Shown: one piece after another, positions 56,064 through 64,000 of the stretch
How positions within the stretch are numbered: the stretch's first letter is position 1
Layout: the number at the start of each line of letters is the position of its first letter
Virus record (IMG/VR): IMGVR_UViG_2974597873_000001
Span: 1 to 64,000 of that record
Length of the DNA stretch: 64,000 nt
Direction: 5' to 3' (one strand)
Origin: a virus
Lineage: Duplodnaviria > Caudoviricetes
Program-made: the position numbers and the translations under genes
The notes under the pieces: model-generated
Told to the model about the DNA's origin: nothing
Seen by the model: only the letters and a program-made list of their open reading frames with translations
The model's database searches: none

Positions 56064-56272
56064 TACTTCTCCTTCTTTCGGTCCAGCACCTCAGCAGCGA
56101 TGTTAACACCAAAGCGTACCCAGTGTCGATCACGAGTGGGGGGCAGCTCCGTCTTACGGATACCTTCAGCCCACTCGTGCGACAGCTCTATGAGCATAGC
56201 AGCTACTTCGGAATCATCGTAGTAGCTATTGCCCTTGAGCAATTGACTGATACGTTCCTCAGCCGGTCCCAT
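56063..56272 (-). CDS. hypothetical protein
   Basis: 69 aa, GGAGG RBS. Confidence 0.55.
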   Translation of the reverse strand: MGPAEERISQLLKGNSYYDDSEVAAMLIELSHEWAEGIRKTELPPTRDRHWVRFGVNIAAEVLDRKKEK

Positions 56273-56733
56273 TATTCCTCCTTAAAGGCGTCATAGTACT
56301 TACGGGCTTTTGCCTCGTTGTCCGGGAAGGCTAGCATGAAAGCTTCCAGCGTGCCAATTTCATAAGCGTCTTCCAGAAGCTCTGTACGGCTCTTAGACGG
56401 CTCGGAAACCCTCTGGACACTAATCCCCTGGGCACGGTACGCAAAGTCCTGCCAGCCCGGGTTCTTGCCGTGCAGGGAGGTGTCTGTCATGTAGGCATGG
56501 ATCAACTCACGCACCTGTGAGGCTGTGATGCCCTGAGCCTTCCACTTCTTCATGACATTTGTGAGCGCCATCACATTAACATAGGCAAAACCTGTTGCCC
56601 AAGTCTGTTTGAACATCTCTGATTCGAAATACTTCGCCATCTTCAGCGAATTCCAATTCTCGTCAACGACCGCAGGGGCCTCCTCAACTTCTGGAGACCC
56701 CCACAAATCGTTGAGCACGTCATCGTAGCTCAA
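56272..56733 (-). CDS. hypothetical protein (position suggests a replication-initiator partner)
   Basis: 153 aa upstream of the DnaC-like gene. Confidence 0.55.
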   Translation of the reverse strand: MSYDDVLNDLWGSPEVEEAPAVVDENWNSLKMAKYFESEMFKQTWATGFAYVNVMALTNVMKKWKAQGITASQVRELIHAYMTDTSLHGKNPGWQDFAYRAQGISVQRVSEPSKSRTELLEDAYEIGTLEAFMLAFPDNEAKARKYYDAFKEE

Positions 56734-56939
56734 CTAACAACCCTCTCGAAGAAATCCTGCATGTTGACCGGGTGGAAGTACTCCTCCAGCCCGTCACCGA
56801 ACTTGACGTACACAGTACCGTCAGAGTCGATGTGTGTCACCTCCGCGTCACGCTCAACCGCATCCATCGGAAGATCCTCCCCCTCATCGTCAAAGGAGAT
56901 GTCGGAGATCCAGTGAAGCTTGTCGCCAACCTCGTACAT
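56730..56939 (-). CDS. small acidic SH3-like protein
   Basis: VGDK...V..I..DGTVYVKF. Confidence 0.55.
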   Translation of the reverse strand: MYEVGDKLHWISDISFDDEGEDLPMDAVERDAEVTHIDSDGTVYVKFGDGLEEYFHPVNMQDFFERVVS

Positions 56940-57271
56940 TACGGGTACTTCCTTTCGATAATCATCTCGATGTAATGGATTGCCTTGAGAAGATCTTCCT
57001 TCCCATTCTTCTTTTCGTATCTGAGCAGATACTTTAGAGCGTTTCCTTCGTAGAAGTCAAGATGGAAAGCGTCAATCACGTCAACAGGCTGCAAATCCCC
57101 ACCCTGATAGTGATCCCCGCCCACTTGCTTACGCTCTACATTCTCGTCAAGGTCTGACCAAACGTATCCATGAGATTCGTGAGGTCCCGGGTGGTTGTGA
57201 TGTCGATTACACCCCAAGGATTCGGTACCGTGTGATGGCCTGTATTCACTTGAGCATGTAATTCCTAGCAT
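56939..57271 (-). CDS. DUF3310 (SaV-like) protein
   Basis: QVGGDHY...F..GNALKY..R...KNG.EDL.KA..Y. Confidence 0.85.
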   Translation of the reverse strand: MLGITCSSEYRPSHGTESLGCNRHHNHPGPHESHGYVWSDLDENVERKQVGGDHYQGGDLQPVDVIDAFHLDFYEGNALKYLLRYEKKNGKEDLLKAIHYIEMIIERKYP

Positions 57272-57507
57272 TTAGTCTCCTTATCGCAGGTAAAGTACCA
57301 CGTGACAGCATCATCACTGCGATAGTGACCCATCATACTGGTGACATCAGCACTGTCACAGTGTGCACAGTGGTAGTGGGGGTGACGCACAGGAAGCATA
57401 CAGCCACGCTTCCTGCACGCACACTCCTCACACATAAACTGATCAGAGGGCATGATGGCACCACAAGCACACTGTGCCACCATCATGTTCTCATCGTAAT
57501 AACTCAC
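57265..57507 (-). CDS. Cys-rich small protein
   Basis: multiple CxxC motifs. Confidence 0.55.
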   Translation of the reverse strand: MSYYDENMMVAQCACGAIMPSDQFMCEECACRKRGCMLPVRHPHYHCAHCDSADVTSMMGHYRSDDAVTWYFTCDKETKC

Positions 57508-58628
57508 GAACCCTCCACAATCTTGGTCAGCGCGTCGATCGTACGAGCGAACGCGTTGGACATGTCCTTGATGCCCTCGCCAAGCTCGACAAGGTGCTCC
57601 TTGGAGACTACCACCTTGTCCTGGGGAAGTCGAGCCATCGCAGCCTGCTGCACGTCAGACCACACGTCCGGAACCGGGGCAGGAGAAGGAAGAGTCTTGA
57701 CAGGCTCCAGCTCCGACGGAAGCTCGGAGTGCTTAGTGAACGGAATGCCCGCAACGACAACAGTGTCACCGACCTTGTGCTCAGGCTCCTCCACATCCGG
57801 TTCACCCTGTCGCGCGAGAAGCTTCTCCGCCTCAAGCTCAGCCATCAGCTCATCAACAGACCTCACACCATCCTCAGGCGCAAGCTTCTCGTTCAGACCC
57901 TTGGAGACCCGAGAAACCCGCTTGGCGGCCGTGGTTACCTTCTCCTCATGAGAGGTCTCTACGGGCGCAGCAGCCTTCTTAGCGACCCGCTTACGCGGAG
58001 CAGTAGCCTTCTTCGCTGCTGGAGCCTCAGCAGCCTTAGCAGCGGCCTCCTGCTCCTTCTCCGCAGCAATACGGATCTTCTCCTTGGTCTCGAACTCCTC
58101 CCGCTCACGCTCCTCCTTGAGGATTTCGTCAGTCGTCTTGAATCCGGGGAACGAATCCACCAGACCCTCAGAGAGATTCAGAACCGTGACGGAGTTGTAG
58201 TTCTTGAGGTCACCCACACGTGCGATGTCCTCAGGGTTGCTCTCATCGTACAGAACAACAGCCGCAACCTCGTGACCGTTCTTCTGAAGGTCCACAAGGT
58301 ATGACATGGCATCACCGAGAGCGTCACCCTTGTCGACCTGGAAAACCTCCTTGGACGAAGCCACAGAACGGTGACCCATCTCCGGCTCGACAAAGGCGTA
58401 GATGTCCCAGTCAGGGTTCTGACGATCCTGACCGACAGCCCACTGGTTCAGGACAACGTCCATACCCTTGCCACCCGTCCCGTCAAAGGGAACGAGAAGC
58501 TTAACCTCACGAGACTCCAGATCCGCACCGAAGACGTAGTCCTCAAGAAGATCGATGACGTTGGCAAGGGTAGTGTTACCCGAACCGGTGATGAGAAGAG
58601 CGAGATCCTTGTTGAAGTCCTGACCCAT
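57504..58628 (-). CDS. hypothetical protein with A/K-rich (histone H1-like) linker
   Basis: 374 aa; APAAKKATAPRKRVAKKAAAP. Confidence 0.75.
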   Translation of the reverse strand: MGQDFNKDLALLITGSGNTTLANVIDLLEDYVFGADLESREVKLLVPFDGTGGKGMDVVLNQWAVGQDRQNPDWDIYAFVEPEMGHRSVASSKEVFQVDKGDALGDAMSYLVDLQKNGHEVAAVVLYDESNPEDIARVGDLKNYNSVTVLNLSEGLVDSFPGFKTTDEILKEEREREEFETKEKIRIAAEKEQEAAAKAAEAPAAKKATAPRKRVAKKAAAPVETSHEEKVTTAAKRVSRVSKGLNEKLAPEDGVRSVDELMAELEAEKLLARQGEPDVEEPEHKVGDTVVVAGIPFTKHSELPSELEPVKTLPSPAPVPDVWSDVQQAAMARLPQDKVVVSKEHLVELGEGIKDMSNAFARTIDALTKIVEGS

Positions 58629-58669
58629 GGTTTGTTTCCTCCTAGTTTTGTTTGGGTGAGTAAGTTGTA

Positions 58670-58993
58670 TCAGATGCCGCGAACGGCGTCAAGCGAGAGC
58701 CACATCAGCATGTCGTCATACTCCTTGTGGCGGAAATTGCGCAGCACCTGACCCGCATCGTCAAAGACCATGTCTCGATGGGGGTTCGGCTCGTACTCAT
58801 CATCAGGATCAGACCAGTTGCGCATGAAGTCAATAGCGGTCTTCTCCGTCATGGCAACACCGATAGGCCAAGAAGCACTGTCGTCCCCGTTCCACTCGTT
58901 GCGAGAGATCACGTAGAAGTTGCTGTCCAAGGAGAAAGCGTGCTTCACCTCGTTAAGCTGCTGCGACAGAATTTCACCAAAGCTGCGGTCCAT
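58670..58993 (-). CDS. hypothetical protein
   Basis: AAGGAG RBS. Confidence 0.65.
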   Translation of the reverse strand: MDRSFGEILSQQLNEVKHAFSLDSNFYVISRNEWNGDDSASWPIGVAMTEKTAIDFMRNWSDPDDEYEPNPHRDMVFDDAGQVLRNFRHKEYDDMLMWLSLDAVRGI

Positions 58994-59253
58994 CAGTTCT
59001 CCTTAGAATCGAAATTAACGATGCTGTCGTACTCAGCGTAGTAGCAGGAAACAACAGTACCACGCTCGCTGTCTCGCCACTCAGAAACCCAGTGGTCACC
59101 GTGAATGGACTTCTGCCACGAAAGAAGATCTTCGGGCTCCCACTCAGCGACAATAGCACAGGCACGCTCAAGTGAATCCGTGACGCCCAGGAAATCCTGA
59201 ACAGTCGGCGCGTCTCCGTCAGAGTCTTCCTGCATGGTGTAGACGACGTACAT
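58993..59253 (-). CDS. hypothetical acidic protein
   Basis: 86 aa, coupled. Confidence 0.65.
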   Translation of the reverse strand: MYVVYTMQEDSDGDAPTVQDFLGVTDSLERACAIVAEWEPEDLLSWQKSIHGDHWVSEWRDSERGTVVSCYYAEYDSIVNFDSKEN

Positions 59254-59432
59254 CAGAAACCCCCACCTTTCTTGATCTCGATGATTTCCTTGATTTCGCG
59301 GATAGGCCGCTTAAACTTACGAGCTACTTCCATGTACGGCTTGGGAAGGTAACCCTTGGCAACACCTCTACGGTACTCTCGGTTCCTTCGCAGGGACTTC
59401 CAGTATGCGTAGATTCTCTGCTCTTGTGCCAC
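59253..59432 (-). CDS. small basic protein (59 aa; not in the ORF track)
   Basis: GGAG RBS, GTG start, MAQEQRIYAYWKSLRR... Confidence 0.55.
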   Translation of the reverse strand: MAQEQRIYAYWKSLRRNREYRRGVAKGYLPKPYMEVARKFKRPIREIKEIIEIKKGGGF

Positions 59433-59488
59433 CTTATCTCCTAGTTACTCTTGCGTCTACTCTCTCGTATTCGAGAGGTTTGTGTCAA

Positions 59489-59761
59489 CTACGGAAGCGG
59501 AGGAAGCCCCGCTCTCCGTGGTCTGGTTACGTGCTGAACACTAGCACGTTCCACCTTCGTTCGCACAAGTCCGTGCACAATCCCCGCAACTGCTGCAACA
59601 GCAAGAGCGCTGAGGACTGCGATGGGCAAGAAGCTAGCACCCACTGCAAGAGCTGTCAACAGTGGTAGTGTTGCCCACATCGGTACGCGCGGAAGCAAGT
59701 CGTAGGCGTACTCGTACACAGCAGACACGGCAAGGACAGACAGTCCCAGTTCAAGAATCAT
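59489..59761 (-). CDS. multi-TM membrane protein (holin-like, uncertain)
   Basis: 2-3 hydrophobic helices, basic C-tail. Confidence 0.5.
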   Translation of the reverse strand: MILELGLSVLAVSAVYEYAYDLLPRVPMWATLPLLTALAVGASFLPIAVLSALAVAAVAGIVHGLVRTKVERASVQHVTRPRRAGLPPLP

Positions 59762-59856
59762 GTTGTTCCCTTCGTTGGTTGATGTCGCCACTGTACCAGA
59801 CTTGACGGCTCACGGGAAGCTGTGTATCCTGTCTTTTAACAATTAATAAAAAACAA

Positions 59857-59892
59857 AATAGGGATATAGGTAATTAAACCTATATCCCTATT
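59857..59892 (-). terminator. intrinsic terminator of the tail genes
   Basis: AATAGGGATATAGG...CCTATATCCCTATT followed on the minus strand by a long T-tract. Confidence 0.85.
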
Positions 59893-59897
59893 CCTAT

Positions 59898-62231
59898 TTA
59901 AGTAGGATCTGATGCATAAATGATTTCGTATTTAGCACCAAGAGGAAGATTCTCTCTCACTACTGCATCAACTCTTTCTCTCTTGTGAGTAAGATCCTGA
60001 TAGTAGTGACTACGCGACTGGTTGACAGTCCCTTCCCACAGGTAATCCCCGCTGGAGAAATTACCGTCAAAGAAATCTACCGGATCAAGGCTTTCCGTAA
60101 CCATTACTGAATCCACCCAATAGCTATACGGAGCTGTGGCAGCCACATCGGCTACCGCCTGGTTAATCCAGATATGGAAATCTGGAAGGGCACCGCTAGG
60201 AATTACTAGCGATTGCTCAAGACGCACCCACTCACCATCCACGTTATGTGGCTGACTTCCATTGGCAGTGAAGCTATACGTCAATCCGGTGCTCGTGTAA
60301 CCGACACCGTTGGTGTCGTAGAACTGCATTCGCATGTCCGGGCAGCCTGGTCCCTTTTTGATCCACGCGGAGAAGTTGTAACGAACTCCGATCTTAAGAC
60401 CCTGAATCTGAGGCAATGCCCCGTTCCACACTCGGAAAGTACCTGGACCAAATCGTGCAGTTGGTGTCGCAGTAAACCCTCCACCAGGTTGCGTAACGTC
60501 CACGCGCAGAGATCCCAAACTCTTGTACCCAACGGTTGCATCCCAATTCGTTGTGTAAAGCTGGTTAAGATCTCCCGAAGTGCCAAATTGGAATCGTCCC
60601 CAACCATTAATGTTGGCGTTCATTCCACCGTTAAAGATGTGGTTGACTCTGTCGGCTCGCACCTTGATATTTGCTTCACGTGGAGCCTCGAATGTAGAAG
60701 GAGAATTCGAAACATTTGGAGTAATTCCCGTAATGAAATGATTATCCATCCAAATGAATTCGTTCTCCGCCACACCCGACCAAATGACCACTGGAATAAT
60801 TGCGGCTCGGGTAGTACCCACAGCGACAGGAACTGTGTAAGTTCCTTGCTGCCATGTAGAATCCCCAGGATGCGTCAGCATGTGTGTAATGGTCGGGTTA
60901 TTGTACGTAGCCGTAACAATTACTCCCGCATCATTGAATTGCACAATGGCCGGGAACCACTGAAGTCCCGGTCTGTCCGCAGAAACATACACTGATCCAC
61001 GAATTGTTTCTCCTTGCTTCACTGGAGCCTGAGCACCCTTAGAAGCATAGGGGAAATACACCTGAAGACCCGAGGTAATTGTTCTAGGAGATCCCGTAAG
61101 ACCCGGGAAGAACATTCGACCTGAATTCTTACCCGAATAAGCACGTGTTACCGAACGAATCACTTGGCTACTGCCCCCAAGACCCGCAGAAGACTGCGGC
61201 TGGTACATACAGCGTTCCTGGTAAGATGCCCCGTCCAAGCCCAGACGGTTTCCGAAGTTATTGTTCTCTTCGAGTTGCACATTCATAAAGTACTGATATG
61301 TGGTGTCAGGAATGTTGGTCCAGTTTCCCGCCACAGCAGCGTAACGAGCAGGCTTCCAGTAAGACCCATCACGGTACACACCAGGAGCCGTAGCAGACAG
61401 CCACGGACGTCCTGTGGTGGTGTTGTTGACGTTGGTGTTCAACCCTCCCAGAACACGTGAGCGTGCAGGGTCAGGCTGTAGCCAGTCGGCAAAACCTAGG
61501 TCAGTAATTCCGCCACGAATGATCTGAACAACAGGACCAGTTGTACCTACTGCTCCGGATTGCGCGAATCCGATAGCAGATAGAGTCTGAGGTTCTGTAT
61601 TTCTGAGTTCCCCGGAACCATTGGACTGGCTGAATACCGTAGCGCTCATGGCAAACTGGGATGGGCGAAGGTTTACGTCCCCGAAGTAAACACGGTGAAT
61701 ACCTTCCTCACCGTCTTCAATGGACCCGGCTACCACCAGTACGCTGACATTGTCGGACAGCCAAGGATATCCGATACGTCCTAGCTCTGTCCAGGTCTCC
61801 CCGTCAGTGGACGTCTCGAAGAAGAACGTAGTGCCTTCCTCGTCACGGATTCTCCAGAAGACATGAACATCAGGATCATAAGCCGGGAAAGGCGTATCCG
61901 GAATAAAGATTTCCTTATTCGCGGATAGGAAACCACGGAACTGACCAAGAGGTCCCACGTGCATTTGCACGTAGTCACTCGTGCTTGCCTGAATGATTAC
62001 CGCAGTCTGCTGAAGACTTCCTTCAGCCGGAATGATTCTCAGACTGAAGGAAGAATTCGTAGCATCGTACAGTGAGGCACCCAGATAACTGGGAATAGTG
62101 GCAGCTTCTACAAATGTCAGATCTGTTTCCGGATCAAATCCATAAGTACCGCTCGCCATATTCCAAATGGTGTTACGAACATTTTCGCCTAGAAAGGCGT
62201 CCGTGATCGTATCCATTTTGATGTCACTCAT
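59898..62231 (-). CDS. minor tail/baseplate protein with carbohydrate-binding-like beta-sandwich domains
   Basis: 777 aa, beta/G/T-rich, YNFSAWIK and FFDG..SG.Y.WEGT...S.S motifs. Confidence 0.7.
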   Translation of the reverse strand: MSDIKMDTITDAFLGENVRNTIWNMASGTYGFDPETDLTFVEAATIPSYLGASLYDATNSSFSLRIIPAEGSLQQTAVIIQASTSDYVQMHVGPLGQFRGFLSANKEIFIPDTPFPAYDPDVHVFWRIRDEEGTTFFFETSTDGETWTELGRIGYPWLSDNVSVLVVAGSIEDGEEGIHRVYFGDVNLRPSQFAMSATVFSQSNGSGELRNTEPQTLSAIGFAQSGAVGTTGPVVQIIRGGITDLGFADWLQPDPARSRVLGGLNTNVNNTTTGRPWLSATAPGVYRDGSYWKPARYAAVAGNWTNIPDTTYQYFMNVQLEENNNFGNRLGLDGASYQERCMYQPQSSAGLGGSSQVIRSVTRAYSGKNSGRMFFPGLTGSPRTITSGLQVYFPYASKGAQAPVKQGETIRGSVYVSADRPGLQWFPAIVQFNDAGVIVTATYNNPTITHMLTHPGDSTWQQGTYTVPVAVGTTRAAIIPVVIWSGVAENEFIWMDNHFITGITPNVSNSPSTFEAPREANIKVRADRVNHIFNGGMNANINGWGRFQFGTSGDLNQLYTTNWDATVGYKSLGSLRVDVTQPGGGFTATPTARFGPGTFRVWNGALPQIQGLKIGVRYNFSAWIKKGPGCPDMRMQFYDTNGVGYTSTGLTYSFTANGSQPHNVDGEWVRLEQSLVIPSGALPDFHIWINQAVADVAATAPYSYWVDSVMVTESLDPVDFFDGNFSSGDYLWEGTVNQSRSHYYQDLTHKRERVDAVVRENLPLGAKYEIIYASDPT

Positions 62232-64000
62232 TTATACTCCAAGTGCGTAGCGTTGAATAATTCCATAACCGGATACAGGTGAACCAAGTGTAGAGTCCGG
62301 TACGTCCGCCAGAAGCGAAACATCCTCACCAGCGTTGTGGTTGGGACTACGGAAGTACTTCTCCACAGTTACTCGGTTGTTGAGAATGGTAATACGCACG
62401 CGATCCCAGTCAGAAATTCTAGGCCATGTGGCCTTAACTGTTTCTACGCCTCCGTTGTAAAGAACAAGACGAGTTCTGGTCATGAACCAGAAATTAGTTC
62501 CTGTTCTACGGAATAGCACTCCATTCTCGTAGTTTGTTGTGTCCTCGTAATCCACACCGTACGTAAATGCAAGGACTGCATTATCACGAGTGTCAGCCAA
62601 GTGGATGTAGGTGTACTTTGGCTTTGACCCAAGGGCCTGGAAGGCTTCTGGATTGACTCGCGCCTGCCCATACACAGATTCCCACAGGGTGGTTGCCACA
62701 GGGACTCCTACCCACGCCTGACCAAGCTGATTGTCCGTGTTTCCATTCAAGTTCGCGTAGTCAGAATCGAAACGAACAAACTGTGTAGCTGCTGTAGGAA
62801 GACGAGACTGGTGCATCTCATTCCCGTCGTCGTCATACCAAATGATATTGCTATTGGCTTGGACGTTAGTAGCACTGGTCATACGACGAGAATAGTGAGA
62901 AGACGTAAATGCTTGCTCCGCCGGTCTGTCGTACTGCCACACCAGATTAGACGTGTAAGATCCGGAAGGTTGATAGTTTAGCGTATCTGCCAGGGCGATG
63001 TAAATCTTTCCGTTGTACTCAACTTCCTCACCAGACTTGAATTCGAATACGGTGTTCCATTTCTTTACCAGAGGAAGAGGAATGGTGTCCTTGACAAACT
63101 GTGCTCTACCCGCAGGACCAAAATCCAGGTAAGTTTCGAATACCCAGAAAGCATCATTTGTACCAGGATTAATAGGACCGTAAGGAGTGCCAGGACCCGA
63201 AGGCTTCACTGCTCTATAGTAAATCAGACCTACTGTGACGTAGTTATTGGTCACGTAATTAGTAGCGTTGCTCCAAGGAGAGGCAGTAATTCTTCCTACT
63301 GATTGCAATCCCGTGATACCCGTAATAGGGGTACCGGTAACTGCTCGATACGCCAAACCATTCGTAGTAAAGTCTCCACCAACAAGAGGGTTGAGTACCC
63401 CGTGAATTTGGAAATACTCAGCCGTGTACGTACCCGCTGGACCAAAGAACCCTCCCACCCAAGTGGAAACACCACGAGTCATAGGATTGCCAAGGGTTAC
63501 ATCCTCCAGGACATTAAGCTGTACTTGCCAGTTACCGTCAGATGTGCCACCACCCGGAGGAGCGGATGTTGTGGTAGAAGCAAGACACTTGTACTGGTAT
63601 CCGTTGTAACGCACAAAGTCGTTCAAGAAGTAACGATTGCCGCTCTTCCAATCGGGATACTTAATGCTCTCAAACATCGCCTGATCCGCATTAAGCATCT
63701 TGTTGTAACCAATTTCAATGTCAGAAGTCCATCCGGTAACAGAAGCAATAGCGTTGTAAATGCTTTGCTCTGTCCCCTTTAGTCGGTAATTGGTAGAGAT
63801 GTTTCTTACACGGGCACGGCGAAGACGTGGAGAAGAAATGTAATCCGTTTCAAGACCGAATTGTCTACCAAGCTTTTCCAGATTGGCAGCCGACACGTAA
63901 TCCGGATCGTTAAGGAGAAGCAAGTTATCGTACTCAGTCTTGATGTCGTTAAGCGCAAATCCGAATAGGGACAAGTACTTGAACAACATCGGATTATCGA
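62232..64000 (-). CDS. baseplate wedge / P2 gpI-like tail protein with CBM5/12-like repeats (5' partial)
   Basis: L..LG.QFG...YRLKGT...I...TGW; repeated W....Y...D.V.YNG..Y modules. Confidence 0.7.
   Translation of the reverse strand, partial: DNPMLFKYLSLFGFALNDIKTEYDNLLLLNDPDYVSAANLEKLGRQFGLETDYISSPRLRRARVRNISTNYRLKGTEQSIYNAIASVTGWTSDIEIGYNKMLNADQAMFESIKYPDWKSGNRYFLNDFVRYNGYQYKCLASTTTSAPPGGGTSDGNWQVQLNVLEDVTLGNPMTRGVSTWVGGFFGPAGTYTAEYFQIHGVLNPLVGGDFTTNGLAYRAVTGTPITGITGLQSVGRITASPWSNATNYVTNNYVTVGLIYYRAVKPSGPGTPYGPINPGTNDAFWVFETYLDFGPAGRAQFVKDTIPLPLVKKWNTVFEFKSGEEVEYNGKIYIALADTLNYQPSGSYTSNLVWQYDRPAEQAFTSSHYSRRMTSATNVQANSNIIWYDDDGNEMHQSRLPTAATQFVRFDSDYANLNGNTDNQLGQAWVGVPVATTLWESVYGQARVNPEAFQALGSKPKYTYIHLADTRDNAVLAFTYGVDYEDTTNYENGVLFRRTGTNFWFMTRTRLVLYNGGVETVKATWPRISDWDRVRITILNNRVTVEKYFRSPNHNAGEDVSLLADVPDSTLGSPVSGYGIIQRYALGV

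Overview
64 kb of a large, apparently lytic actinobacteriophage genome, probably its left end. A Streptomyces-type host is inferred from WhiB, an Rpf-LysM protein, the amidase endolysin architecture and a match to the Streptomyces rrn leader; baseplate-wedge-like tail genes suggest a myovirus. Layout: (1) 1-850, non-coding end with promoters and repeats; (2) 863-12128, plus-strand early region of small unknown genes; (3) 12180-15530, ArdA operon and a divergent promoter island; (4) 15600-25600, minus-strand late-type block (TGT/DpdA-like fusion, nucleotidyltransferase, endolysin, Rpf, NlpC/P60, SpoVS); (5) 25700-59800, minus-strand replication, nucleotide and RNA-repair block (RuvC, ThyX, Cas4-like nuclease, WhiB, RNA ligase, RecA, RNR, PolA, SSB, HNH, SNF2 helicase, primase, DnaB, PNK, RlaP-like NTase, DnaC-like ATPase); (6) 59900-64000, tail genes. 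The most striking unannotated signal is RNA-level. About 16 intergenic hairpins share a fixed geometry (lower stem of about 9 nt, a UU/UG junction, a 13-17 bp G-U-rich upper stem) but not sequence. A segment at 5283-5971 mimics an rRNA operon leader: tandem promoters, a boxA-like sequence, and a 31-bp stalk enclosing one gene. No tRNA, CRISPR array or integrase was seen. All protein calls come from motif recognition by eye, not database searches.
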